Positions 55,487 to 64,000 of a stretch of DNA of 64,000 nt are shown piece by piece. The position numbers and the translations under genes were made by a program. How positions within the stretch are numbered: position 1 is the first letter of the stretch; every line of letters begins with the position of its first letter. The notes under the pieces were generated by a model. That model was given only the letters and a program-made list of their open reading frames with translations. It was not told the DNA's origin and did no database searches. The stretch is from an uncultured Alphaproteobacteria bacterium (GTDB taxonomy: Bacteria > Pseudomonadota > Alphaproteobacteria > Rs-D84): the NCBI GenBank assembly GCA_905233975.1, contig CAJOGD010000005.1:10362-74361 (forward strand), in the 5' to 3' direction.

Positions 55487-56251
55487 ATGGTAAAAATAAA
55501 AGTTACGAATGCCTGTGCACATTTTTTTGAGAACACAAATCATCTGGCTGAATTTTTTTATTACATAATTTGTACCACACAACAAGTTGATGAAATGAGA
55601 ATTTGTGCCGTCAAAGCATTAGCTAAGATACACGAACAAGAACCAGCAAAAGAAGAATTAAAACATGCGGCAACAGATAAATTGAAAAAATATTTCGGAC
55701 TAATATTGGAACTGTGGCTGTGTCGTTTGGTAGAATGTTATGAAAATTATTTGTCGTCTATCCTTAAAGATGTTTTTTTATGTTGCCCACAAATTTTAAA
55801 ATCATCAGAAGTGGTAAAACTAGATGAGGTTTTGAAATATAAAACAATGGATGATTTTGTTACAGAATTAACAGAAAAAAAAGTAAACGAATTATCGTAT
55901 TCGTCTTTTGACGATTTGTTTGATTTTTTTGATAAAAGATTAGGAGTAAAAATTATTGACGAAAGCAATAAAAGCATCGTAAGGGAAGCAATTGAAATCA
56001 GAAATATATCTGTTCATAATGATTGTGTTATTAACAGAAGATATATTAATAAATTACAATTAAACGAAAATCTTCTTGGGAACAGAAAAGATATAGAACC
56101 TGAATATTTAAATAATGTTATTGATGTTTTGTATAATAATGTCATGGAACTTGATGATAAGTTGATAAAGAAGTTCGAAATCAAGAATTGCAAGGTTGTG
56201 GGAGATGAATTTGTTAAACGTATAATGGAACAAAAAACTGATAAAAAGTAA
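55487..56251 (+). CDS. hypothetical protein with HEPN-like Rx4H motif
   Basis: IEIRNISVHND contains R-x4-H in a predicted all-helical protein. Confidence 0.35.
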   Translation: MVKIKVTNACAHFFENTNHLAEFFYYIICTTQQVDEMRICAVKALAKIHEQEPAKEELKHAATDKLKKYFGLILELWLCRLVECYENYLSSILKDVFLCCPQILKSSEVVKLDEVLKYKTMDDFVTELTEKKVNELSYSSFDDLFDFFDKRLGVKIIDESNKSIVREAIEIRNISVHNDCVINRRYINKLQLNENLLGNRKDIEPEYLNNVIDVLYNNVMELDDKLIKKFEIKNCKVVGDEFVKRIMEQKTDKK

Positions 56252-56374
56252 GTCCTTTACCAATATTTTTTAATAAAAAGAGACGACTGAAAATTTACAC
56301 ATCGTCCCATTTTTGTTACTATTATAATACAAAAATACCCTGTCGCATACTAAAAAATGAAACTTATTACAATT

Positions 56375-56947
56375 TTATTTATCTGTTTTAATGGCTTTAC
56401 TTATCAACTGTGCTATCAGGGTAAAAATTAAAGAAAAAATTATTCCCGCTAAAATTTTTCCCGTTATGTTATCGACTTTGTTTTTTATGTTTTCAGGTGT
56501 TGTATTTTTTGTGTTATTATCTTGATAAACAGGTCTATCTTTAAATCTTTCACTACATTCATCTTTTACTTCTGTATGGAAAGTCGCCAGATAAGAATCA
56601 ATTTCGTTTCCTGTCATATTTTTTAATTTTTTCCAGTCAACTTTGTCCATCATAGTCAAAGTATAACAATCACACACTTTTTCAAGCATATAAAGTGTTT
56701 CGTTATCAAGTGGTTGTTTTTGTTTAATTCTTTGTTTGCCATTATCAATACAGGTTTTATACAGTGTATTATAAAAAGAAACTTTGACTTGTTTTTGTTC
56801 CTTTTGTTCTTGGGTAAACTCTGTGTCGTTATTATGTAAATCTAAATTTTTCAATTTACTGATATTTTGTGAAAAAGTAAATCCGTCCTGAGCATTTGCA
56901 CACAGGGTATTAAAGACCAAAAAGACCATAAATACAATTTTTGACAT
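56375..56947 (-). CDS. secreted protein with C-terminal TM anchor (hypothetical)
   Basis: Signal peptide MSKIVFMVFLVFNTLCANA and C-terminal helix ILAGIIFSLIFTLIAQLI. Confidence 0.45.
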   Translation of the reverse strand: MSKIVFMVFLVFNTLCANAQDGFTFSQNISKLKNLDLHNNDTEFTQEQKEQKQVKVSFYNTLYKTCIDNGKQRIKQKQPLDNETLYMLEKVCDCYTLTMMDKVDWKKLKNMTGNEIDSYLATFHTEVKDECSERFKDRPVYQDNNTKNTTPENIKNKVDNITGKILAGIIFSLIFTLIAQLISKAIKTDK

Positions 56948-57089
56948 AATAATACCTTATATTTGTACAGTTTTTGCACCGATTATAAATACTTTTAGGA
57001 ATCAAATCAACAAACTTTAATAACTTTTTGATTTTTTTCCTTTTATACATTATACTTCTGATGTGATTAGTATTTAAAAAGGTTTACCT

Positions 57090-57873
57090 ATGAAAAAACA
57101 TTTATTACTTGTATTAAAAATTATTTGTGGTGTATTGGTCTTATTGTGGTTGGTAGATAATTTTATAACTAATTCAAACAGAAAAAAAACAACAATCTGT
57201 TTCTCAACAGTATTTGCTTGAACAAACTTGTGTTAATGATTGTGTTAATGGTTTTAAAGATAAAAAATATAACGATATAACAAAAAAATTTAATTTTAAT
57301 CAGGAAGACATTGAAAATTATTGTAAATGTGCATGTCAAGAAAGTATTAAAAATGGCAAAAATCCAGACGATTCATCAGAAACATGTGTTAATAAATATT
57401 TACATCCTGGTCGTGTTACAGATGAATTTGATAAATGTGTTCGATTAGGAACTAGTAAATATAACGAAGATATTTTTTGGGAATCTTTTGCAAAACAGCA
57501 AAATATGACAGTAGAACAAGTTAAACAAGCGTTATATCCCATGGACTTTAAATTATATGTTTCTTGTATTTGCGAACACAAATCGGCAGATGTATGTGGA
57601 AAATTGGTCGGTGCACAAGCACTGTTAGATGCAACTTTTGAACAATGTATCAAAGTAAATAAAGAACAATTAACAATTTCTTTTGAGCAAATAAAATCAC
57701 GTAACCCACAAAAAGAAACTGATTTATTGCAATCAAAAGAACAAGACATTAAAAATTATTGTAAATGTTTTATAAATAAGCAACAAAATATCAAAAAAGA
57801 GACTCTTTCTGTAATAGAAAAAGCAGATAAATTAAAAGTTGCAGAAAAAGGGTGTGTTGATTTATACTTCTGA
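57090..57873 (+). CDS. Cys-rich secreted protein interrupted by an A8 homopolymer (frameshifted / phase-variable candidate)
   Basis: The signal-peptide ORF 57090-57222 (MKKHLLLVLKIICGVLVLLWLV...) and the Cys-rich ORF 57214-57873 are in frames 0 and +1. A8 at 57182-57189 lies in the overlap, and deleting one A fuses them into a ~262-aa protein. Confidence 0.5.
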
Positions 57874-57889
57874 ATACAAAGGATTAACA

Positions 57890-58393
57890 ATGAATAGATT
57901 TATAAAAGTTGGTTTATGTTTTGCTGTTTTTTGTGTGATTATTGGGTTTGGATATCATTTTTATAGTCAACACAAAAAAATGGTAGAATATAAAAAATTA
58001 TTTGATGATTGTGATATAACTTGTAAAAATATGTCTGCGGGAGAAATACAAAACATTCGTCTTGGTATTAAGTCAGATGTAAAAAACTTAAAGGAAAATA
58101 TTGGTAGACCCATTAGTGACGAACAGTTAGGTAGTATAAAAAAGGCAAAAGAATATGATATATATATGCCAGATGGTTATTGGAGAGAACTTTGTACATG
58201 CAATTGTGATGTAGAAGCAAAAAACCAAACAGGTTTTTTTGACCCAAAGACAGAATCAGAAATAGATATTGTTGCAGCACAAGCGGATAAATCCGAATAC
58301 TATTTTAACTGTATACAAAACGTTAAAAATAAATATTTCAAAACCGCTTCAGAAAAAAAGAAAGAAGCGGATAGAGAGCGTGATGGTATATAG
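57890..58393 (+). CDS. membrane-anchored hypothetical protein
   Basis: MNRFIKVGLCFAVFCVIIGFGY signal-anchor. Stop overlaps the next start. Confidence 0.45.
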   Translation: MNRFIKVGLCFAVFCVIIGFGYHFYSQHKKMVEYKKLFDDCDITCKNMSAGEIQNIRLGIKSDVKNLKENIGRPISDEQLGSIKKAKEYDIYMPDGYWRELCTCNCDVEAKNQTGFFDPKTESEIDIVAAQADKSEYYFNCIQNVKNKYFKTASEKKKEADRERDGI

Positions 58394-58991
58394 ATTGTCT
58401 ACTGGGTATTTTAATAAACTGGCACAATTAAAAATTCAACAGATATTTCCTGAATGGAAATTAGAATTGGTTGACAAACCTGATTTACAGGATGAAACAA
58501 ATAATATCGGAATTGAAGTTACTATTGCAAAAGATAAAGTAGATGGAATTTTTGATAGTGTATGGAATGAGTGGGCAGGGAAAGGAATTACATCAAACGA
58601 ATTTCGGGACAAATTTACAAATACTTATTTTAAAGAAAAAATTATTCCTGATATGGAACATCCTGTATGTGTCAAAGTGAACGGTAACTTAGATTCCGTA
58701 ATCATGAAAATTTTGGGTGCAATTAAAACAAAATCAAAAAAATTTAATGGTTACAAAAAATTTAATAAAAATGGATTATTCATTTATTGTCCTGAACCTT
58801 TATGGGAAGAACAATTTTCTGTGTTAAAACAACGTATATATGAAGGAATTTACCCATTTGATTTTTTTATAATAAGTATGACAAATAAACTGCTTTTGAT
58901 TGAAAATAATGAACTTAAAATATACGACATTGATTTTGATAAAATTGAACAATTAACACAAGAATCTTTAGATTTTTCACAAAATCATTAA
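58386..58991 (+). CDS. hypothetical protein
   Basis: Starts MVYRLSTGYF, overlapping the previous stop (ATGGTATATAG). Confidence 0.4.
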   Translation, partial: VYRLSTGYFNKLAQLKIQQIFPEWKLELVDKPDLQDETNNIGIEVTIAKDKVDGIFDSVWNEWAGKGITSNEFRDKFTNTYFKEKIIPDMEHPVCVKVNGNLDSVIMKILGAIKTKSKKFNGYKKFNKNGLFIYCPEPLWEEQFSVLKQRIYEGIYPFDFFIISMTNKLLLIENNELKIYDIDFDKIEQLTQESLDFSQNH

Positions 58992-59105
58992 ATTCTCCGT
59001 TTCGGACCCATATAGAACCATACAGAAACCATTAAAATTTGACACAGGATACCCTGAAACACGTTTTTATGGGGATTTATTATTGTTTGATTAAATGGTG
59101 TTTCT
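58991..59105. repeat. direct repeat, left copy (flanks ATPase-nuclease module)
   Basis: aattctccgtttcggacccatatagaaccatacagaaaccattaaaatttgacacaggata is 57/61 identical to 61157-61217. A further tttattattg.ttgatta..tggt segment is also shared. Confidence 0.85.
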
Positions 59106-59125
59106 GTTAAGGTTTCTGATATAAA

Positions 59126-59659
59126 CTATAACATAGACAAGATCTCATTTTCATTTAATTTTTTACATTTAATAACTTTAAATTTGTTGCGAATATGTTT
59201 CAGTTCTGGTTTCCTGCTATACATCATGCCTTTATTTATATTAATCCCAACACTTTTAAACATATCTTTACAAATCAACAACAATTGATACGGTGATTTA
59301 TTTGAATTTAATTTGGAAGAAACTTGTAAAATAAAAGCACCTAAAGACATATCATCAATATGTGAATATACCGATTTTATTTTTTTTAACAACTCTTCAG
59401 GGTTTATGTTTTTTATTGGTTGCGCCTTTATTTCTATAGCCAATAAGTTTTTGCCTTTATATTTATATATACAATCAACGTCTGGTCCCTTTTTGCCACA
59501 CAAATCTTTACCTTGAATAAAAATTTTTTGTTTCAACAACGGTTCGGTTTCAAAATCGTTACATTCCCAATTAGATTCCTTATTTTCTGCACAACAACGT
59601 TCACACAATGAACAATGTGTACATTTTTTTCTTGGCAATGATTCAGATTTTTCTAACAT
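59126..59659 (-). CDS. small Zn-ribbon + PD-(D/E)xK-like nuclease candidate (effector of two-gene module)
   Basis: N-terminal CTHCSLCERCC Cys cluster. GPDVD ... (17 aa) ... AIEIK matches the PD-(D/E)xK arrangement. Start ATG overlaps the ATPase stop (TAATG). Confidence 0.45.
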   Translation of the reverse strand: MLEKSESLPRKKCTHCSLCERCCAENKESNWECNDFETEPLLKQKIFIQGKDLCGKKGPDVDCIYKYKGKNLLAIEIKAQPIKNINPEELLKKIKSVYSHIDDMSLGAFILQVSSKLNSNKSPYQLLLICKDMFKSVGININKGMMYSRKPELKHIRNKFKVIKCKKLNENEILSML

Positions 59660-60957
59660 TAATCTATATCCGGTAATAAACTTTCCGCATCATAAAAAGA
59701 TTTGAATATCACATCTTCTTTTTCAGCAAAATTTTCCACGTTATCTATTATGCCCTTTTTTAAGTCTGCAAAGTAGAAATTGACCTTTGACTCCAATTTT
59801 TTAACATGAGCAAAATCTTGCAAAGCATTTATAAGTATTGAACTATGCGTTGTTAAGAGAACAGAGACATCATTTTCAAGCAAAGTTATCAATAATTCTG
59901 CTAACCTGACTTGCCATTCTGGGTGTAGATGATTTTCTGGTTCATCAAAAATAAACATGTGGTCAGATGACAACATGCCATATCTTGCCATTTTTTGTAA
60001 AATACCAAACATTTTTTCGCCAGATGCCATATTGCCAACATATAAATTATTATCTGTATTAGCTGGCACAAAGAAAAAATCCTGTTTGTCGGGTATATAA
60101 ACCAATTCGCCTTTTAATAAATCAGATAAATCTTTATATACTGATTTACACAAAGGATTCTGTGTTTTTTGGAAATTTACCTTCAATTTATCCAAAAGGT
60201 CTTTCCAATAATACGGTATATTAATGGCATTTGCCACCTGTAATAATAAAGGTGTTTCTATAAAAGTAACTTCTGGTAAAATACGTTGTTTCAGAGTTTC
60301 GTTAATTTTTATCGACAAACGTTCAGAAAATGGTAACACATTTGCATTATTAGAAATTTTATATTCCAACAATTTATCGCCATTATTATCAAGTACCACT
60401 TCTGACGTAGCGTGAGTTCCTAAATTATTAACTTGAAATCTGAACATTTGGTTATACATAAATTCCAAAGAATTTTTGATTTCTTCCTGTTCTGATATGT
60501 CTGTAAAAACACCCATTAAGTCATTTAATGATTTTTTTGCAGATAACTTGCTTTTTTCATCCAAAGTTAAAAATGTATCAATTAAATTGATTTGAGCAAT
60601 AATTATCCTATGTGCTTCGGAATAGTTATCTTCTTTTAACAATCTTACCAAAGTTTCTGCAAAACTAGCATTAAAACGTTCTAATAAAATACTTACATCG
60701 TGATTTCTTGATTTAGCATCAGATTTTTGCAAATTATTTTGAATACTATAAAACAATGTTCTGCACATACTTTCTACAAGCATTCTGCGGTTTTCAAAAA
60801 CAATTCTTTTGCTATTGCTAACGGACTTAATTATGGTATAAACAGTTTTGCCAACCGTGCTTTTACCTGTCCCATTAGGTCCCGCTATAACATTTAACCC
60901 ATTCAGAGTTATATCTGCTTTTTTGATATAGCCAACATTTTTCAGGGTTATTTTCAT
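59659..60957 (-). CDS. ABC-type ATPase (AAA_21/AAA_15 family, SMC/RecF-like), defence-island type
   Basis: Walker A GPNGTGKST, signature ASGEKMFGIL, Walker B MFIFDEPENHLHP, H-loop LLTTHSS, with a ~250-aa helical insertion between the Walker A and signature motifs. Confidence 0.7.
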   Translation of the reverse strand: MKITLKNVGYIKKADITLNGLNVIAGPNGTGKSTVGKTVYTIIKSVSNSKRIVFENRRMLVESMCRTLFYSIQNNLQKSDAKSRNHDVSILLERFNASFAETLVRLLKEDNYSEAHRIIIAQINLIDTFLTLDEKSKLSAKKSLNDLMGVFTDISEQEEIKNSLEFMYNQMFRFQVNNLGTHATSEVVLDNNGDKLLEYKISNNANVLPFSERLSIKINETLKQRILPEVTFIETPLLLQVANAINIPYYWKDLLDKLKVNFQKTQNPLCKSVYKDLSDLLKGELVYIPDKQDFFFVPANTDNNLYVGNMASGEKMFGILQKMARYGMLSSDHMFIFDEPENHLHPEWQVRLAELLITLLENDVSVLLTTHSSILINALQDFAHVKKLESKVNFYFADLKKGIIDNVENFAEKEDVIFKSFYDAESLLPDID

Positions 60958-61156
60958 CGTAAAAATCCTATTGTTCCATTGTATGATAATGTATTTTTTT
61001 TACTTGACAAGCCTATTATATCATTTTTTGTAAAAAAAAACAGGGGTTAATTAAAATTTAATTAAATTCCCCTTTGTTGCCAGTAATTATATCACATTTT
61101 AACAAAAAAGTCAAATTTTTATTGTTTCTGCGCTGGTTTGTTAGAAAAAAATCGTA

Positions 61157-61265
61157 AATTCTTCGTTTCGGACCAATATATAACCATACAGAAACCATTA
61201 AAATTTGACACAGGATAAGTTAAACCACCATTGGATTGGTGGTTTATTATTGATTATGGTTTTAC
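61157..61265. repeat. direct repeat, right copy
   Basis: aattcttcgtttcggaccaatatataaccatacagaaaccattaaaatttgacacaggata plus the hairpin aaaccaccattggattggtggttt, a probable int terminator. Confidence 0.85.
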
Positions 61266-61302
61266 AAATCTGGAATTAAATCTAAATTGTTTGTTTCTAC
61301 AA

Positions 61303-62814
61303 TTACAATTTTTTCATTGTTTTCGTCCATTTATCAAAATATGGTTGTAAAAAGTCATAATTCAACTTATCAATTTGTTCTTTTATCTGGGGTAAAGTGT
61401 GATTTGAATACGATTGTTCCATCGTGTTTTTGCCTTCCCAACCGATAATATCGTTAATAAAAGATTGGATTATTCCTGCATTTTGTAATCTTAAACTCGC
61501 GTTTTTGCGGAACGAATGAAAATCTAACTGGTCACCATTTTTTGATTTAACCCCGATTTCTTTCAAAAATACCGCCAAACCACGTGACCAATATTTATTT
61601 TCAAAATTGCCTGTTTTTGTCTTACATTTTGGAAAAATGAAGTCATCATCTGTGGTATTTAATTTTTCTTTTCTGGCTTTAACCCAATCAACAAAACCCA
61701 TATTCAACAACTGCGATGGTATCGGAACAATACGTTCAGATGCTTCGGTTTTAAGGTGTTTTACAGGGTGATTTTGTCTAAAATAAATACAATCAAGCCC
61801 ATCCTGGTTAATAATGTCACCATATTGCAAGGTTGTTGCTGCATTTATTCTGGCACCGGTAAACAAACCAATCAAAGCCGTCCAAAATTCGTCCGGGTTA
61901 GTTTTAAAGTGGTCGTATTTCGGGTCAAACATTTCCAATAATTGACTTTCGGAATACGGTAAATGTGGTTTTTGTTGGTGTTTTGGTGTTTTTGGTAAAT
62001 CAGGCAACAAATTTATAAAATTTTCTTGGTATGAATCTGGGGCTAAAATATGTGCTTGTTTTATCAAATCACGAATATATCTGACGTATTTTCGTTTGGC
62101 ATCACCCTTAATTTGATACCCTTTGATATTTTCTGCTATATTTTGGATTATTTCCGGATTATTAAAATCATCATAATCACAATCTGGGTTCAAACCCACT
62201 TCAGATAACATTTTTATAATACTGTTGTTTTTTCTGTCGGTTTCTGCTTTTTGGTTATTGGACTTTTTTAACATTGATTTCAAAACTTCACCAATTTTAT
62301 ATTTTTTGGTTTGTTTTGGTTGTTGAATTTGAGCACTTGCCAATAATTGTTCCACATTATCCACTTTGGCCAATAAAGCATTTATTTGTGGAATAACAGA
62401 TTTTAATTGTCCCAACATAATTTTGTCCCCGGGGTCAAGTTGGTTTTGTTGTATCAAATCTAACTTTTCGGACATGTTTTTTAATTGTTTTAAAACCATA
62501 GGGTTTGTTTTATCCGATATCCTGCGGGCTGCAAACCCGGTAAAATTACCACCAGTGCCACTATAATCAAATATTACCTGATTCCATAACGTATTGAAAT
62601 CATTCATAAATTGTATCGTGTCAAAATGTTCAACGTTTTCCGCCATAATTTTTGCTTTTTCCCTTGCTTCGTAATAATTGTAGGTATGTAACGATTTACA
62701 AAAGAACCGTCTTTTACCGTTTTGTCTTGGTAATTCCATTGTAAAATAAAAAATATTGTTTCGCAACCGGATGTATTTATCGGTATTACAATATGTCATA
62801 CACTTTTTTATCAT
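61303..62814 (-). CDS. int: tyrosine site-specific integrase (phage integrase family)
   Basis: C-terminal catalytic domain with LIGLFTGARINAATTL (Arg I), HSFRKNASLRL (H-x-x-R) and a terminal Tyr region (GWEGKNTMEQSY). Adjacent to the tRNA attachment site. Confidence 0.85.
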   Translation of the reverse strand: MIKKCMTYCNTDKYIRLRNNIFYFTMELPRQNGKRRFFCKSLHTYNYYEAREKAKIMAENVEHFDTIQFMNDFNTLWNQVIFDYSGTGGNFTGFAARRISDKTNPMVLKQLKNMSEKLDLIQQNQLDPGDKIMLGQLKSVIPQINALLAKVDNVEQLLASAQIQQPKQTKKYKIGEVLKSMLKKSNNQKAETDRKNNSIIKMLSEVGLNPDCDYDDFNNPEIIQNIAENIKGYQIKGDAKRKYVRYIRDLIKQAHILAPDSYQENFINLLPDLPKTPKHQQKPHLPYSESQLLEMFDPKYDHFKTNPDEFWTALIGLFTGARINAATTLQYGDIINQDGLDCIYFRQNHPVKHLKTEASERIVPIPSQLLNMGFVDWVKARKEKLNTTDDDFIFPKCKTKTGNFENKYWSRGLAVFLKEIGVKSKNGDQLDFHSFRKNASLRLQNAGIIQSFINDIIGWEGKNTMEQSYSNHTLPQIKEQIDKLNYDFLQPYFDKWTKTMKKL

Positions 62815-62947
62815 TTTTCACCCCTTTGTTTTTTGAAGAAAGTGAAAATTAAAAGTGTTGGATTTCTAGGGTTTTCTGTAATTTGGTGTGTTCCAAACCC
62901 AAAAATAAAAATCCAACAAAAGTGTTGGATTTCTAACATTTTAACTT

Positions 62948-63024
62948 TGGTGCGAGCAAAGGGGCTCGAACCCTCGACCTCAACCTTGGCAAGGTTGCGC
63001 TCTAGCCAACTGAGCTACGCTCGC
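62948..63024 (-). tRNA. tRNA-Gly (GCC)
   Basis: Reverse complement GCGAGCGTAGCTCAGTTGGCTAGAGCGCAACCTT-GCC-AAGGTTGAGGTCGAGGGTTCGAGCCCCTTTGCTCGCACCA. The 3' 17 nt are duplicated at 53095. Confidence 0.9.
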
Positions 63025-63074
63025 AGTTCGTGGGGTATTTTGACATACAAAAATTCATTTTGCAAGAAAAAAAT

Positions 63075-63100
63075 ATTCATATAAAAACCGCCCCATCCGG
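63075..63100 (-). terminator. intrinsic terminator
   Basis: aaaccgccccggatggggcggttt hairpin plus T-run on the minus strand, downstream of the ORF at 63158-63637. Confidence 0.5.
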
Positions 63101-63157
63101 GGCGGTATGGCTTTTCATTCTAGAACCATTTCCATGGTTGCAGCAGTTTCAAGAAAC

Positions 63158-63637
63158 TCATCGCTGTGCGTTTATCGGCAAACGCATGGCCGCAACGTGG
63201 ACAAACGATGAATGGTGCGATTGTCGCCTTGTACTGTTTATAAATAATAAAAAATCCATATCATTTTGACGTTCTTGTTCTGTTAAAGAACGACCATATT
63301 TTATAAGTAATTTTTCTGCGAGAACACGCTGTTCTGAAGTCAATGTTTTAATAGATAAGCCTAACAATTTCATTATATCTCTATCAGTATACCGGTGCAA
63401 TTTTTGTACTGTATAAGACGCGTTTTTTCCAACAAACCGCTGATCAGCACCTACTTCTGAGTCATAAAAGGCTCTCAAATCTCCGACATTTGATAACGGA
63501 TAACCCACTATCTGCACTCCATTCATTTCTGCTATGATAGGCTCGTTAAGCTCTTTGGCACAATGCAAGAGATGCGATAATGCACCATTAACGGTCCAAA
63601 CTTGCATATTGTATTCCCAAGAATTTTGTTGTTCCAC
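63158..63637 (-). CDS. hypothetical protein
   Basis: 159-aa ORF outside the island. No family recognised. Confidence 0.4.
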   Translation of the reverse strand: MEQQNSWEYNMQVWTVNGALSHLLHCAKELNEPIIAEMNGVQIVGYPLSNVGDLRAFYDSEVGADQRFVGKNASYTVQKLHRYTDRDIMKLLGLSIKTLTSEQRVLAEKLLIKYGRSLTEQERQNDMDFLLFINSTRRQSHHSSFVHVAAMRLPINAQR

Positions 63638-64000
63638 TTTACACTCCTTTTTACAACAGTATCGTATTACATTTTTTTAATTTGTCAATACGGTTGCAAA
63701 AAAATTCTATCGAAAAATTACCGTAATATATTCTCGGAACAATTAACATACAATAACAATCGCCTCTTCTTGATCGTGCTTTAACAGAAAAAACAAAAAG
63801 CCGCCAAAACTGACGGCTTGGTTTGGCACTATTAAACAACTACCGTCCTTGACTTAAATTCCCGTACCTCTTATTGGCCACATCCAGTGTGATAGTACCC
63901 ATATATGCTTGCTTAATCTTATCCAGATCTTCTTTACTGAGACCTTTCAACGTACCAGTTATTGCATTAACTACATCCGCAATCCATTCTTCGTCATCCA

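Larger units (their letters stand above)
53095..62964. mobile_element. integrative genomic island in the 3' end of tRNA-Gly(GCC), ~9.9 kb, low GC
   Basis: The 17-bp direct repeat tggtgcgagcaaagggg occurs at 53095-53111 and at 62948-62964 (the tRNA-Gly 3' end). A tyrosine integrase is adjacent to the tRNA. There is a sharp drop in GC and a block of short unrelated ORFs. Confidence 0.85.

Noticed and set aside
62852-62934. Two copies of aaagtgttggatttcta near int, considered as integrase arm-type binding sites
   Set aside because: One copy forms part of the terminator-like hairpin directly 3' of the reconstituted tRNA-Gly, so the pair may be fortuitous. It is too short to call without more copies.
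63880-64000. Possible partial minus-strand coding sequence at the window edge
   Set aside because: It is truncated by the window boundary and too short to identify.

Overview
This 64-kb window is a chromosomal segment from a Gram-negative bacterium, most likely an alphaproteobacterium: it carries a two-piece permuted tmRNA with an ANDN-type tag, both RNase E/G and RNase J, an Mla lipid-transport operon, LemA and PBP1A. It is AT-moderate and full of REP-like elements. The housekeeping backbone comprises obg, a Lon-like AAA+ protein, tsaB-rimI, a RecD/Pif1-like helicase, mlaEFD plus its lipoprotein, rne/rng, ligA, fabI, rpsU, lysS, rnj, hup and alaS, with tRNA-Met(CAT) and tRNA-Ala(TGC). Interleaved accessory content includes:
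- a 2885-aa secreted giant protein with Listeria-Bacteroides-type repeats and a near-identical 183-bp tandem Cys-rich repeat block;
- three paralogous secreted proteins (7504, 26431, 43634 minus) with a conserved N-terminal half, hypervariable C-terminal halves and an invariant YIPQNQ terminus, two of them behind a conserved ~230-nt structured leader;
- two dispersed repeat families, TTAGTGG/CACTAAC heptamer arrays and GTCATACCGCC...GGCGGTATGAC palindromic REP-like elements.
The last ~10 kb (53095-62964) is a low-GC integrative island in the 3' end of tRNA-Gly(GCC), bounded by 17-bp direct repeats and carrying a tyrosine integrase. Its cargo is a small HUH Rep-like protein, a possible HEPN-motif protein, a poly-A8-interrupted Cys-rich secreted protein, and a translationally coupled two-gene module (ABC/AAA_21-type ATPase plus a small Zn-ribbon/PD-(D/E)xK-like nuclease) flanked by ~60-100-bp direct repeats. 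That module is the best candidate for an uncharacterised defence-type system in the window.
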